A program made the translations under genes and the position numbers. Below, piece after piece: positions 19,473-30,730 of a DNA stretch of 64,000 nucleotides; the first letter of the stretch is position 1; each line of letters opens with the position of its first letter. Below the pieces are notes generated by a model. That model worked only from the letters and a program-made list of their open reading frames with translations. It made no database searches and was not told the DNA's origin. This DNA is from a virus (Duplodnaviria; Caudoviricetes). The stretch lies in the IMG/VR virus record IMGVR_UViG_3300033076_001145, positions 64,001 through 128,000 of that record. One strand, given 5' to 3'.

Positions 19473-20675
19473 TTTTATATTTTTCAAATTTAAGGTTTAA
19501 CTGATTTTTTAAAAAATCATAAGTAAGAGACAAATCAACATCGTTTGTCTCTTCTTTATTTATATACTTCTCGTAAAATAATTCCAATAACTTCTCACAA
19601 CAAATAACGTGTTGGTAGTTCTTACAACTTTTGATAGTCTTCAAAACTTTTTCAAAGTCTTGGTCCATTATAAATAATTTAAATAGTTTTGATTTTTTTG
19701 TTTGAAAACTTCTAACATTATCCTTGGTTCCTCTCCATTAGTTTTTACTTTTCTTCTTTTAGAAAATAAATTAACCCAATGTGTTGATATCTGTTCTAAA
19801 ATTTGATTTAAACTTTGTTCAAATGTAAGGACTTTAATTTGAGTTAGTCCTTGCATGTTGTTAAATTTTTTAACATTCTTATTAAGTAAAATAACCTCAA
19901 TATTTGCATTTATTGGGTGAGATGAACTACAGAATCTTACAAACTCGTGTAATATTTTATTTGACATTTGGTCTAAACCTGAGCCGTTATCGATTAATCT
20001 TAGTTCCATACTGATAAATATTTGAATAATCAAACATAATTGATTATATTTGAATTGTAAAATTATGGATAGAGAAAGTTTTTTCAAAAATCTAATAACT
20101 GAGTTTTTAACTGAAAACTACCCATTCATTGTTGGTGTGGGAGATGTATCATTTAAGTTAGTCCGTGATGAAAAAATGTCAGTTAATATGGTTTTAAAAA
20201 TAGATTATCTTAAAACCAAAACATTAATAGGTGAAACATTATACGATACATTATTCTCAGAGTCCAAAGTAAAAGACATATTCTCAGTTAGATGGTTTTT
20301 AAAAGATTATATTGATTTAAACCTGATAAGAGATGAGATAAAAAATCATTATAAAATGCTGTTTTCTGAAAGGATAAATGACTTTACAATTAACTTGGAG
20401 GTTGTTAATGAGAACTGAATTAGAAAAATTAATCAACATTATGAATGATGAGGATATTCCTACTCTTTTTGGTGAAGGGAGTAAAATCGTTATTGACGGT
20501 TTTGATTTTTCAGATTATCAGGGAGTTTATTATATTTCAATAAGACTGACAAATTGTATCCCCGAAATTGCGGTAGATGTATTTCCAGATGCTTTGGAAA
20601 TTTTATTCCATGACATATGGGTTTGTCTCCCCGCAAAACATAACTATATATTAACCTGCGCAATGAATCATTAAT

Positions 20676-21029
20676 ATGGCACATCCAATCTTACACTCAA
20701 AATCATCGGCAAAACAATTTGGAGGAAAATGGGAAGATTATATTCATCTACACGAATGGTTAGATGAAACAAAGTCTTGGTATGGACATTCATTGCATAG
20801 ACTATGGAGACATCACTCTGAGGGAATCTTTGAGATGGAACAAAGGTTTGGGTCTCATTTTGAAAATAGTGACGGTAAAACCGTTTATACGAGGTATATT
20901 GGGGAACAACATGTAAGAGAAGATTGTAATAACTACATACCAACGGCAAAGGAATGGTTGGATGCCATTTCATCAAAAGAACGACCAATTTGGATGTTAA
21001 AAACTATGAAAATAGAAATAAACGACTAA
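20676..21029 (+). CDS. DUF6915-like protein
   Basis: MAHP..HSKSSAK.FGG..EDY...H.W.DE.K......HR..RHHSEGIF...IGEQHVRED. Confidence 0.7.
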   Translation: MAHPILHSKSSAKQFGGKWEDYIHLHEWLDETKSWYGHSLHRLWRHHSEGIFEMEQRFGSHFENSDGKTVYTRYIGEQHVREDCNNYIPTAKEWLDAISSKERPIWMLKTMKIEIND

Positions 21030-21040
21030 TATTTATTAAT

Positions 21041-21778
21041 ATGACAAATGTTTCAGAAGAAATTTTAAATTTTATAAATTCAGAGTATTCAAAAGAGGTT
21101 CTACCTGATATTGCAGTCATTACTGAAATGAGAGGTAGTGATAGTATAAGACAATCAATTGATGTTTATAACTACGGAGATGTCAATTATTATTATTCTC
21201 CATATTTTGACACGGGGTCAAACAAAGATTTAGATGTTGGTTATATAAAATCATATTTAGACTCCCTTTATAACACAATTATCAATAACGACCCATTTTT
21301 CAGAGACGAGTTATATAAAGAATATGGTGATGATGTCAAATACTTTTCAATTACTATAGTTTTGAATTTTGAAACAAAAAAATTGGAGCTTAGTGGTTAC
21401 GGTATTGAGGACTCAACAGATTATTCTCAAAGTGAGTTTGAATTTACCGAAAATGATGACAAAGAAATATACGATGTGTTAGAAAATTATCTCAATCAAG
21501 GATATGAATATATTACTGTCAATTTTTCAGGTGGAGGTGATTCAGGTCAATTAGATGGTTTTTATTCCGGAGGGTATCCGATTGAAGAGAATGGAGTATT
21601 GGAGGATGCTCTTTACACCCTATTAAATCAACATCAAGGAGGATGGGAAATTAACGAAGGTTCTCAAGGAGAATTCGATATTAATTGTAAGGATAAGACA
21701 ATAGTTCTAAACTTCGGAATGAACTACGAAAGAGAGATTGATTTTGATAATGATTGGGAAATAGATTTAGATTTTTAA
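21041..21778 (+). CDS. DUF6878-like protein
   Basis: FSGGGDSGQLD and GWEINEGSQGEF motifs. Confidence 0.6.
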   Translation: MTNVSEEILNFINSEYSKEVLPDIAVITEMRGSDSIRQSIDVYNYGDVNYYYSPYFDTGSNKDLDVGYIKSYLDSLYNTIINNDPFFRDELYKEYGDDVKYFSITIVLNFETKKLELSGYGIEDSTDYSQSEFEFTENDDKEIYDVLENYLNQGYEYITVNFSGGGDSGQLDGFYSGGYPIEENGVLEDALYTLLNQHQGGWEINEGSQGEFDINCKDKTIVLNFGMNYEREIDFDNDWEIDLDF

Positions 21779-22124
21779 AAAATCTGAATTGTTCTTTGTG
21801 GTCTGTCGTCACCAAAGTCAGGACAAAAATAAATATTCTTAGCATCGTGGTAGATTGTTCCACCAATTCCATTTGGAATTTTGTGTTTTTCCATGAACTT
21901 ATCATCAACATCAATTTGGTGATTGCCGTCATGAACTACAAAACATTTGTTCTCAAAAGAACAATGATATTGTTGTGATTTATTTTTTTCTCTGAAAAAC
22001 TCTTCAGGAGACATAACATATCTTGCAACATTTTCATTCATCAATTTCTTAACAACTTTCTCTAACTGACTCTCAGTTATATTGATAATTTTCTTTTTCA
22101 TATACTATAAATACTTTCAATTTT

Positions 22125-24074
22125 TTATTTCCAACCGTTTTTATAAATATTAAATTCTTTAATTCTTCTTTTTAGATTCGCCCAATTGGTTGTAAAATAC
22201 TTCTCAACCGAATTACTATTAGGATTTTTTTGAATTACTTTTGCCAAATTAGAGTTACGATATCCCCCAAGCCCTGCATTATAAACCAAAGAAAGTAATG
22301 CGTCTAATTGATTTTGTTTTAATTTATCATGGTTAGGAAGACTAAGTAATCTCGGTAATAAATTATCTAGTTTTTTTGTAACTAAATTATGAGCTTGTTG
22401 TTTATTTACCTTACATTCAATATCCTTTACTCCAATTTTTTTCTCTTCACCATATGTTCTACCACAAAACTGTGCCCCTTTTGGTATATATACAGTCCCA
22501 TATCCGATAGTTAAAGTTCCTTTAGGGTTTGTTCCAGGTTTATAACATTTAGGTGGGTAGTATCCATCATCATAAACACAAGGAACAAATTCCTCAACTG
22601 CCTTTAAATAATTCACAAGATTAGATGAGTATGTCTTTGCGTTTCCAACTGGTTTAGATGTTAATTTTAACATCTCATCTCTCGTATAAACTTTTCCTGT
22701 CTTATCGTTCCACAATCCTGCCTGTTTTAACCAATTAGTGTCAATATCATTCTTTGTCCCGACATTGGTCCCTTCTTCCACCGCCATCCAAAAACGAGTA
22801 AAGTTTTGTTTTGCCTTATCCCAACCATATTTTTTAACACTTGCATTAAACCAAGTTTTCCAATCGGCAAATTTCCACCAACTATCTGGACCCCAATCAT
22901 CTAAATCGGGATGTGAATCTGGGTTTTTAGGGTCGGCGCCTTCTGTTTCATTTAAATGGTTTATAGACTCAGTAGTTTCAGGTTTCAAAACCGTCATGGC
23001 TTCAGGAAAATCTTTATCCAAAACTTCTTTGTTTTTATTCTCATATGGTATGTTTTGTAAAACATATCTAATAGCATTTAACCCTGAAACTCTCTTATCA
23101 TTTGCATCCAAAATAACCCATGGATGATTTACAGTTGATGTTTTATCAAAAAGTTTTTGTTTAAATTCCGAGAATCTGTCCCACATATCTTGCATTTTCT
23201 CGTCATTAGGAGAGTATTTCCAATACTTTATGGGTGATTGTTGTCTCATTTGGAATCTCTTAGCCTGAGTCTCCTTATCAATAGAAAACCATAACTTAAA
23301 CAGATAATCTCCGTCTTTTACAAGGTCTTTTTCAAAATCTTCAACATTATTCATGAAATCCTCATATTCCTCAGGTGTTCCATAACCCATAACAGGTTCA
23401 ACAAGGCCTCTATTATACCAACTTCTATCAAAAAAGTTAATCATACCTTTTTGAATTTGGTTTCTATATCTATCCCACCAAGCCTTTCTCTCCTCAGGTG
23501 TTGGAATACCTAACGCAATGATATTATAGTATCTTGGATTAAGATTTTCTGTGAATTTTTTTATTGTGGACCCCTTTCCTGCTGAGTCTCTTCCTTCAAA
23601 AACAATAATAACAGTCTTACCTGTTTTCTTTATCCACTCTTGCATTTTTAACAACTCAACTTGTAAGTAGTATAATTCTTTATTATACACTTTTTTCTTA
23701 ATCATTGAGGGTTCCTGAGGTTCAAATGTAAATTCTTCAGGTTCTGGTTCCCCATCTTCAAAATCTTGTTTGTTTCTTTTTTTAAGAGTTTTTAAAATGG
23801 TTTGAAGATATTTTGTAATGTTCTTTTTTTTGTCACCTTTTTTCATTAAAATATTACGGACACCTCTTTCCAATAAATCAAAGTTGATTGGGTGTTCATA
23901 TCCTTGGTCTAGTATTTCATATAATAATACCTCGACATCCTTGGTGTATAATTTATTCTGTTTTAAAATATTTGATATTACAAATTCATAATCCTCTGCG
24001 GATTTAACATCTTCGTTTATTTTTACACCTAATAAACTTCTAAACCTATTAACTTCTGAAATTAATTTTTTCAT
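22125..24074 (-). CDS. ppk2: Polyphosphate kinase 2 fused to a GH24 phage-type lysozyme
   Basis: PPK2 motifs FEGRDSAGKGSTI, FDRSWYNR, KYWKYSPND. Lysozyme motifs E...YDD...TLTIGYGT, QNQLDALLSLVYNAG, RRIKE. Confidence 0.85.
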   Translation of the reverse strand: MKKLISEVNRFRSLLGVKINEDVKSAEDYEFVISNILKQNKLYTKDVEVLLYEILDQGYEHPINFDLLERGVRNILMKKGDKKKNITKYLQTILKTLKKRNKQDFEDGEPEPEEFTFEPQEPSMIKKKVYNKELYYLQVELLKMQEWIKKTGKTVIIVFEGRDSAGKGSTIKKFTENLNPRYYNIIALGIPTPEERKAWWDRYRNQIQKGMINFFDRSWYNRGLVEPVMGYGTPEEYEDFMNNVEDFEKDLVKDGDYLFKLWFSIDKETQAKRFQMRQQSPIKYWKYSPNDEKMQDMWDRFSEFKQKLFDKTSTVNHPWVILDANDKRVSGLNAIRYVLQNIPYENKNKEVLDKDFPEAMTVLKPETTESINHLNETEGADPKNPDSHPDLDDWGPDSWWKFADWKTWFNASVKKYGWDKAKQNFTRFWMAVEEGTNVGTKNDIDTNWLKQAGLWNDKTGKVYTRDEMLKLTSKPVGNAKTYSSNLVNYLKAVEEFVPCVYDDGYYPPKCYKPGTNPKGTLTIGYGTVYIPKGAQFCGRTYGEEKKIGVKDIECKVNKQQAHNLVTKKLDNLLPRLLSLPNHDKLKQNQLDALLSLVYNAGLGGYRNSNLAKVIQKNPNSNSVEKYFTTNWANLKRRIKEFNIYKNGWK

Positions 24075-24241
24075 ATATAATAAATATTACAAAAAATAAT
24101 TGATACTTTTTTAAATTACACTATATTTAATTAAAAATATGACCAATAAACTGCGAAACATAGAAATATTATTTAGGAAGTCCTGACAATTGTCAGGATT
24201 TTTTTTGCCCGTACATAAACAATAAAATAAAAATAAAAAAA

Positions 24242-25075
24242 ATGAAAGACACAAAAACTTACAACGAATTAGTTCAAAAAATGAGAACTTTTTTCCAATC
24301 AAAAGGATTTTTAGAAGTCCCAACTCAATCGAGATTATCAATCTTAGCCGCATGTGAGAATCCACATTCAATTACAACATTTAATTACAGTGGAGAAGTT
24401 TGGCCATTACCACAAACAGGTCAAATGTGGTTAGAATATGAACTATTAAAAAATCCTGAGTGGAATGGTGTGTATTGTATCTCAACTTCCTACAGACAAG
24501 AAAAAGAACCAATCCCTGGCAGACACTCATTAATTTTTCCAATGTTTGAGGTTGAGAGTAAGGGGACTATGTCCGACTTAATAAAATTAGAATCTGAACT
24601 TTTAGAATACTTAGGATTTGATTCTCCAATTAATTTAAAATACGATGATGTGTGTGAAGAGTATGGGAATGTTAGTATTTTAGAGCATGAACATGAGACC
24701 CGAATGTGGAAGGAAAAAGGTAATTCAGTATCTTTACAATTTTTCCCTTTAAGAACTAATCCGTTTTGGAATATGAAACGAAATGAAGATGGAACTTTCA
24801 ATAAAGTTGATGTTATTTTATATGGACAGGAAACAATAGGTTCAGCGGAAAGAAGTTGTGATGTTAATGAAATGAGAGAAATGTTTTATACTATTGAGGA
24901 TGGAAAATACTCAGAAAAACTTTTTGAATTATTTGGAAAAGAAAGAGTTGAGAGAGAACTTGAGGAATTCCTTTCAATGGATTTCTTCCCTCGTTTTGGG
25001 TGGGGATGTGGTCTAACTAGATTAGAAAGAGCGTATAAATTAATGTTAGAAGAAAAAGAAATTAATTTTGTTTAA
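24242..25075 (+). CDS. AsnRS-like class II aaRS catalytic-domain protein (putative asparagine synthetase)
   Basis: LPQTGQMWLE, SYRQE..RH (motif 2), ETIGSAER and GWGCGLTRL (motif 3); no anticodon-binding OB domain. Confidence 0.8.
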   Translation: MKDTKTYNELVQKMRTFFQSKGFLEVPTQSRLSILAACENPHSITTFNYSGEVWPLPQTGQMWLEYELLKNPEWNGVYCISTSYRQEKEPIPGRHSLIFPMFEVESKGTMSDLIKLESELLEYLGFDSPINLKYDDVCEEYGNVSILEHEHETRMWKEKGNSVSLQFFPLRTNPFWNMKRNEDGTFNKVDVILYGQETIGSAERSCDVNEMREMFYTIEDGKYSEKLFELFGKERVERELEEFLSMDFFPRFGWGCGLTRLERAYKLMLEEKEINFV

Positions 25076-25089
25076 GTAATTTAAGAAAA

Positions 25090-25833
25090 TCATTTTGAAT
25101 TGATTTTAATGGACTTCAAAAATTTTAATTGTTCAATATGGTTTTCTTTTATTTTTTTTATTAGGAACATAGCGTCTTTTTTTTTCTGATTAGAAATTAA
25201 ATTGTAGTATTCTAGTACATTTTTATAACCATCAATCTCAATATTTTTACCGTTAATAACATCGAATAAAAAATATCTCACAGCGTTAGAATTTTTAGAA
25301 CCTTTTGACTTTTCTTTTAACTTTTCTTTAATTTTCAATAAAGTTTCTTTGGTTGATATTGATTGTTTAATTTTAGATTCTTCTGTCCTGATTCTACCTT
25401 TCATAATTTGTCTCATTTGCTCTCCAAAATTTTGAGGTTTTGGTTTTGACTTCCCTTTATTACCTTCAGATATTTTCATTTTTTGTTCATTAGTCATTGT
25501 TTTTCCTTTATGGGATTCAGAAATTTTCTTTTTTGACTCCTCACTTAAAACCCTGCCGTATGAACCCTCACCCCCGTCTGTCATGTTACATAAAATACCC
25601 GTGTTATTATTTTTTCTACCATAAAACTTAATCCAATATTGCTCGCGAATCATTGCATCACTCCAACTAAGATTATCTTCAATTATTTCCCTCTTAATTC
25701 CATGTTTTTTGACAATATTTATCCAAAATTTATTTCTAGATTTATTACTATCAATTCTTTGTTCATCAGAACCAATACCAATATAAAATACTTGATTATT
25801 ATCGGGTCTAACATGTTTATATACATATGCCAT
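25090..25833 (-). mobile_element. Free-standing GIY-YIG-like homing endonuclease with NUMOD3 repeats
   Basis: YVYKH..FYIGIG, E..WI, NMTDGGEG, SEESKKKISESHKGK. Confidence 0.8.
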
Positions 25834-26153
25834 TATATATAAATATCTCTATGTTTGAATTTGATTTTATTTTAAATAAAAATCCCCCTTAATTGGGGGA
25901 TTTTTTTATTCCTTAATTTCAGACATCAATCGTCCCCACAAAAACATCTGTAAAATACCAAAGATAATACCGATGGTCAATACCGATTGATTAGGTGCGT
26001 TTAAGATTAATACTACGATTAATGCCAAGGCCATCATACAAGCGGTCATTTTAAGTTTCAAGTTTTTCATAGTTGTGTGGGGTTTTAATTGTTCTACAAA
26101 TATAAACAAAAAATCCCTCGAATGAGGGATTTTATAAAAAATATTTGTTAAAA

Positions 26154-26600
26154 TTATTTTCTCTTAGTCTTTCTTCTAACGATTGACTCTTCCATATAAT
26201 CTTTATAATGTCCATCAACATCACCGATTTTTTTACCATCTCTTCTTTTGTAATCGTCTTTGTTTCCTCCCCATTCTTCTTCCATCTCACCTTCCATTTC
26301 GTTACCACCTTTTGGTTGATTTTTCTCAACGAAATCTAAAATTTTCTGAGCTTTCTTTTCCTTACCTTGAGCCATTAATTCTTCGGCCATTGATTTTAAA
26401 TAATCATACCCTGCAATACCTAATAAACCAATCACTGTGCCAATGATAGTATAGATAGCGTCAGCTGTTTCCATTGCTTCAGGATTTACGAAATTTTCCA
26501 TTTCATTAATTCTTCCGCTTTTTGTATTTTTTGATTCTTTAACTACTTTTTTAATTATGTTAGTTAATTCACTTTCTGTTAATCTTACAACTTTTTTCAT
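26154..26600 (-). CDS. Hypothetical protein with MKKVVRLTESEL leader
   Basis: Leader shared with 33909-34157 and 21775-22101; one hydrophobic helix. Confidence 0.55.
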   Translation of the reverse strand: MKKVVRLTESELTNIIKKVVKESKNTKSGRINEMENFVNPEAMETADAIYTIIGTVIGLLGIAGYDYLKSMAEELMAQGKEKKAQKILDFVEKNQPKGGNEMEGEMEEEWGGNKDDYKRRDGKKIGDVDGHYKDYMEESIVRRKTKRK

Positions 26601-26688
26601 TTTGAATTCTTTTATTATAAATACAACATTAGTCTAAAAAAAATTGACATATTAATTACTTTTTTTTACATTTTAAAAAAATAAGAAT

Positions 26689-27114
26689 ATGAATACAATT
26701 AAGAACGGAGATACTGTGTCCGTTAATTACACAGGGAAATTGGAAGATGGTTCAATATTTGACACATCATTACAAGAAGGTCGTGAGCCATTGACCGCAA
26801 CCTTAGGTCAAAATCAATTAATTCCTGGTTTTGAAAACGGACTCATTGGTATGTCTGTTGGTGAAACTAAAACAGTTGAAATTGAGCCAGAAAACGCTTA
26901 TGGGCAACATAATCCAATGCTAACACAAGAAATTGGTAAAGAACAAGTTCCTGCAGATGTTAAAGTTGGTGATATGTTACAAGGTATGTCTCAAAATGGC
27001 CCTATTAACGTTAAAATTGCCGAGGTAAAAGAATCAACAGTAGTTATTGATATGAACCACCCACTTGCAGGTCAAAAACTTATTTTTGATTTGGAAGTCA
27101 TTTCAATTAACTAA
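26689..27114 (+). CDS. slyD: FKBP-type peptidyl-prolyl isomerase (SlyD/SlpA-like)
   Basis: VNYTGKLEDG.IFDTS, LIPGFE, PENAYG, DMNHPLAG; no His-rich tail. Confidence 0.9.
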   Translation: MNTIKNGDTVSVNYTGKLEDGSIFDTSLQEGREPLTATLGQNQLIPGFENGLIGMSVGETKTVEIEPENAYGQHNPMLTQEIGKEQVPADVKVGDMLQGMSQNGPINVKIAEVKESTVVIDMNHPLAGQKLIFDLEVISIN

Positions 27115-27152
27115 AATAAAAAACCCCTCAAATAGAGGGGTTTTTTTATGTC

Positions 27153-27704
27153 TTACTGAACCATGGTTTGATATTTCCTACCACATATGAATAAATTATT
27201 CTTAAACCATTTTGCAATATCATTTGAATAATACTCATCCCCAACATCGGTTTGTCTCATTTTTGAAACTTTTTCACTTCCTTTAACTGTTGTATTGGTT
27301 ACACTGTCTTCAATCCCTGCGTAATCAGGATTTATTTTTGGTTTGTTTAATAATTTAAAAGTATTTGCCTGACAATCAAATTCAAACATTATTTCTCCAA
27401 GATATTTTGGGTTATCAGTCCCTTCCTCTAATGTTCCTGAGATTCTTACAGTTTGTAATCCTTTAGATGTGATGACTTCAACTTTTTTTAAATGAACATC
27501 CAAATTTTGTTCTCTGTTAAACATTCTTTTCTTCTCAATGAAACCATATTTAGGGTTTGTTTTTAATAACGAATTAATTCTATCAGTTCTTAACGTAGTT
27601 AATTGGTCCGCTTGTTCAGAAACCAATGATTGTTTCACTGCCGTTCTATGCATTTCGAGGATTCTATTTTTCTCGTTCTCTTCAACTAAAAATATTTTTT
27701 TCAT
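27153..27704 (-). CDS. Hypothetical protein with EKNRILEMH leader
   Basis: Leader family member; TATTTAT upstream. Confidence 0.5.
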   Translation of the reverse strand: MKKIFLVEENEKNRILEMHRTAVKQSLVSEQADQLTTLRTDRINSLLKTNPKYGFIEKKRMFNREQNLDVHLKKVEVITSKGLQTVRISGTLEEGTDNPKYLGEIMFEFDCQANTFKLLNKPKINPDYAGIEDSVTNTTVKGSEKVSKMRQTDVGDEYYSNDIAKWFKNNLFICGRKYQTMVQ

Positions 27705-27725
27705 TTTTTCTTTTATTGATAAATA

Positions 27726-28925
27726 TTATTGAGTTTTATTTAAACCACACAATTTTAAATTTGTTTTTAATAGTTTGTAAAAATCAGTATTTGCATATTC
27801 CCCAAATCTTTTTCCTAATGGTAATGATTTTTGGTCAACCACACCCGCATCAGTAACTAATTCGTTAGGATAATCCAAAAGTTCAAAATACCCAAATTCA
27901 TCGCATTTTAAAATTATTGCAACTTTATCTTTGTAATTAGTAAAATCTCCAATAACAACGCAACTATCTAACCCTTCATCCTTAGTGATTATTATGTTTT
28001 CAATTTTAACCTGAATATATTTTTGGGTATTATTTTTTTTCCTAAATGTTAATAATCTTTCAGTTTTTAATAGGTCCTCAATAATCTTATCCCTCCATCC
28101 TTTTTCTTTAGGTTTAGGGGGTTCAGGTTTATCTAATAATATTTTCATGGAGTTTATTCCACTAATTTGAACAGTTTTAGGATTATATCCTTCCTTTTTG
28201 ATTGTTATTGTAATTGGAAATTTGAAGTCGTTATTTTTGAAGGTGTCATTATTAATTATAATTTCTTCTCCATTATAATCGGCAACCACATTATTTATTT
28301 GTTGGTCTGTTACTTTATCATAAACTAAAATATTCAACGGTTTTAAATTAAATGAATATTCGATTGGGTCCCCATTGAAATCTATAAATTCAATTTCATA
28401 ACCTCTCTTCAAAATTTTTATTTCAGAATTTTTTTTGATTCCTGATTTTTTAAATTTTCCGTTTTCATCTGTCTCACCTATAATCTCTTTACCGTCGTTA
28501 CCTGTGTATATAATTTTTACTTTTGGTAATGGAGAACCCTTTTCATCATTAACCACTAAATTAATATCGTTTTGTTCCTGTATATCTAATGTTTTTAATT
28601 CGTCAGAAGTTAAAGTAATATTGTAATTTGTTTCAGTTGGACTTAATTCTTGTTGGTAGTTTTTATATCCGACAAATCCAACTCCAAATTTTGAACTTTG
28701 TGGTGTTGTGGTAATTGTTGCTTGTCCTTCACTATTTGTTGATGTTCCGTCAATCGCCTTTCCTTCTGAATTATAAATTATAACACTTGCACCGGGTATA
28801 GTCTCTCCATTATCTGATTTAACAGTAAATGTTACACTTTTATTGGATTGTTCATTCAACAAATTCTGATACAAATTCAGAATCTCTTGTCTTTCATTCT
28901 CAGTTATTAAAAATTTTTTAGACAT
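27726..28925 (-). CDS. Protein with tandem carboxypeptidase-regulatory-like (CarboxypepD_reg) domains
   Basis: GETIPGASV...GTSTNSEG...FVGY repeated about three times (GSPLPKVKI..TDENGKF..KRGY; KEGY). Confidence 0.7.
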   Translation of the reverse strand: MSKKFLITENERQEILNLYQNLLNEQSNKSVTFTVKSDNGETIPGASVIIYNSEGKAIDGTSTNSEGQATITTTPQSSKFGVGFVGYKNYQQELSPTETNYNITLTSDELKTLDIQEQNDINLVVNDEKGSPLPKVKIIYTGNDGKEIIGETDENGKFKKSGIKKNSEIKILKRGYEIEFIDFNGDPIEYSFNLKPLNILVYDKVTDQQINNVVADYNGEEIIINNDTFKNNDFKFPITITIKKEGYNPKTVQISGINSMKILLDKPEPPKPKEKGWRDKIIEDLLKTERLLTFRKKNNTQKYIQVKIENIIITKDEGLDSCVVIGDFTNYKDKVAIILKCDEFGYFELLDYPNELVTDAGVVDQKSLPLGKRFGEYANTDFYKLLKTNLKLCGLNKTQ

Positions 28926-28963
28926 ATATCTTATAAATACATATTTTATTGTAAATTTGTAGT

Positions 28964-29470
28964 ATGAATATTTTCTTTTTGGATTGGGATACTGAAAAAT
29001 GTGCGAAATATCATTGTGATAAACACGTGGTTAAGATGATATTGGAAACCGCTCAATTGTTATGTGGTGTCCATCATATGACCCCCCAAGTTACCCACCA
29101 AGTAACCCCCCAAGCGCCCTACAAGTTATCCCACAAGAATCATCCTTGTGCGATTTGGACACGTGAGTCACTGTCTAACTATTTGTATTTATGTGACCTT
29201 GGGTTGGAGTTGTGTAAGGAATACACTTACAGATACGGAAAAAGACATAAATCACAAGATGTGATTGAATGGTGTTTAAGTAATCGACCAAATATTCATG
29301 ATGTTGATTTCACCACCCCACCATTGGCGATGGGAGATGAGTTCAAAATTGGTGATGATGTTATTGAGTCTTACCGAAATTATTATCGAGAAGCCAAATC
29401 AGGGTTTGCTGTGTGGAAAAATAGGGAGGTTCCAAATTGGTTTATAACATCCCCTGAATTTCATTCATAA
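28964..29470 (+). CDS. Pyrimidine-dimer DNA glycosylase / endonuclease V family
   Basis: MNIFFLD...HCDKHVVKMILETAQLL...H.NHPCAIW...EYTYRYGKRH...YRNYY. Confidence 0.8.
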   Translation: MNIFFLDWDTEKCAKYHCDKHVVKMILETAQLLCGVHHMTPQVTHQVTPQAPYKLSHKNHPCAIWTRESLSNYLYLCDLGLELCKEYTYRYGKRHKSQDVIEWCLSNRPNIHDVDFTTPPLAMGDEFKIGDDVIESYRNYYREAKSGFAVWKNREVPNWFITSPEFHS

Positions 29471-29808
29471 TCACCATTAGTTGAGTGTTTAGTTTTGAAA
29501 TTCTTTGTTGTTGAGTTTCGTTTAAATCAATACTCTCACCTTTAATCGATTGGATTTGATTTGAGATTTTTGTATGTTCCCCTAACAGATAGTTATACCT
29601 TTGAGCCTTTTGTTCATTATTCATGATACTATAATAATAAATTAATCTAAAAATTAAATTTCTTTTTTAATTTCTTTCAACACTTCAAAGTTTTTTTGAA
29701 TCTGTTTCATTCTCTTTGCGAAATTTGCTCTGTTTCTTGTTTTGTTTTTTGGTTTTCTTGCCTTTGACATAATTTTCTTTTTTCGATAAATAGTGTTATA
29801 TTTGTATT

Positions 29809-30336
29809 ATGAAAGATTTGACTTTTAAAAAGAAAGGTATTACTCACTCACCATTACAGTTTTGGGAGATTGATAAAAAATATAAAATTGCAATTTATCA
29901 GGGAGGTAGAGGTGCTCGTCCTGATTTAGATTTTATTGTAAAATATAAAGAAGAAGGTAAAAGACTAAGAACTCCATCACACACTCATTGGATTGTTGAT
30001 TTAATTGCAAAAGCCCAATACGACAAAGGTAGAGTAAAGTCATATGTTGAGGATATGATTAAAGTTTATGATGAGTGTGAGCCATTTAAAAATGAGGAAG
30101 ATAGAAATTCATATAAATTACAATGTCCTACAAAGATGTGGGCTAACCACATTATGCTAGAGGATGTAGGTTATTATCCATTACAGGTTCTAACTGCCTT
30201 TATTGAACTATTCTCCAAATGTGAAAAACAAACTCCTGGTGCGTTTATGTTCAGAAATTTACTTGTGTTGGTAAAAGAATACTGTGAGGGTAAGAAAGAT
30301 TTTTATCAAATTGTAGGATACTCTAAAAGAGTTTAA
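29809..30336 (+). CDS. Hypothetical protein
   Basis: 175-aa ORF with RTPSHTHWIVDL; TATATTTG just upstream. Confidence 0.55.
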   Translation: MKDLTFKKKGITHSPLQFWEIDKKYKIAIYQGGRGARPDLDFIVKYKEEGKRLRTPSHTHWIVDLIAKAQYDKGRVKSYVEDMIKVYDECEPFKNEEDRNSYKLQCPTKMWANHIMLEDVGYYPLQVLTAFIELFSKCEKQTPGAFMFRNLLVLVKEYCEGKKDFYQIVGYSKRV

Positions 30337-30730
30337 TTATCAAAATTTTTGCGTTCATCATACCATCCTCTTGTTTTCTCATAATGTTCGACTGTTGAGT
30401 GACTTGAGATAACTCTTCCTGAAAAATTAAATGTTCTATTTACAGTCCTAACAAGTTCTCTACCCCAAGAGTGTAGGTTGTCAGATTCATCTTTAGAGAA
30501 TGGTTTTTTAAATAATATAGTTATGCGACACATAATACCATATTGACTTTCATACACATCAACAGCAGCACCTGCGTAATTATCACTCAAAGGATAATCA
30601 TCAAGATAAACTTCCACGAAGTTTTTTATTACCAATTCTAATTCTGTGGGTTCCATTTAATATAAATACAAATATAAACAAAAAACCCCTCTTTATGTGT
30701 GAGGGGTTTTCAAAAATGAATTTAAACTTA

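Noticed and set aside
25090-25833. Homing endonucleases as intron-encoded (also 49901-50614)
   Set aside because: Flanking genes appear intact and I saw no group I core motifs around them, so they are treated as free-standing.
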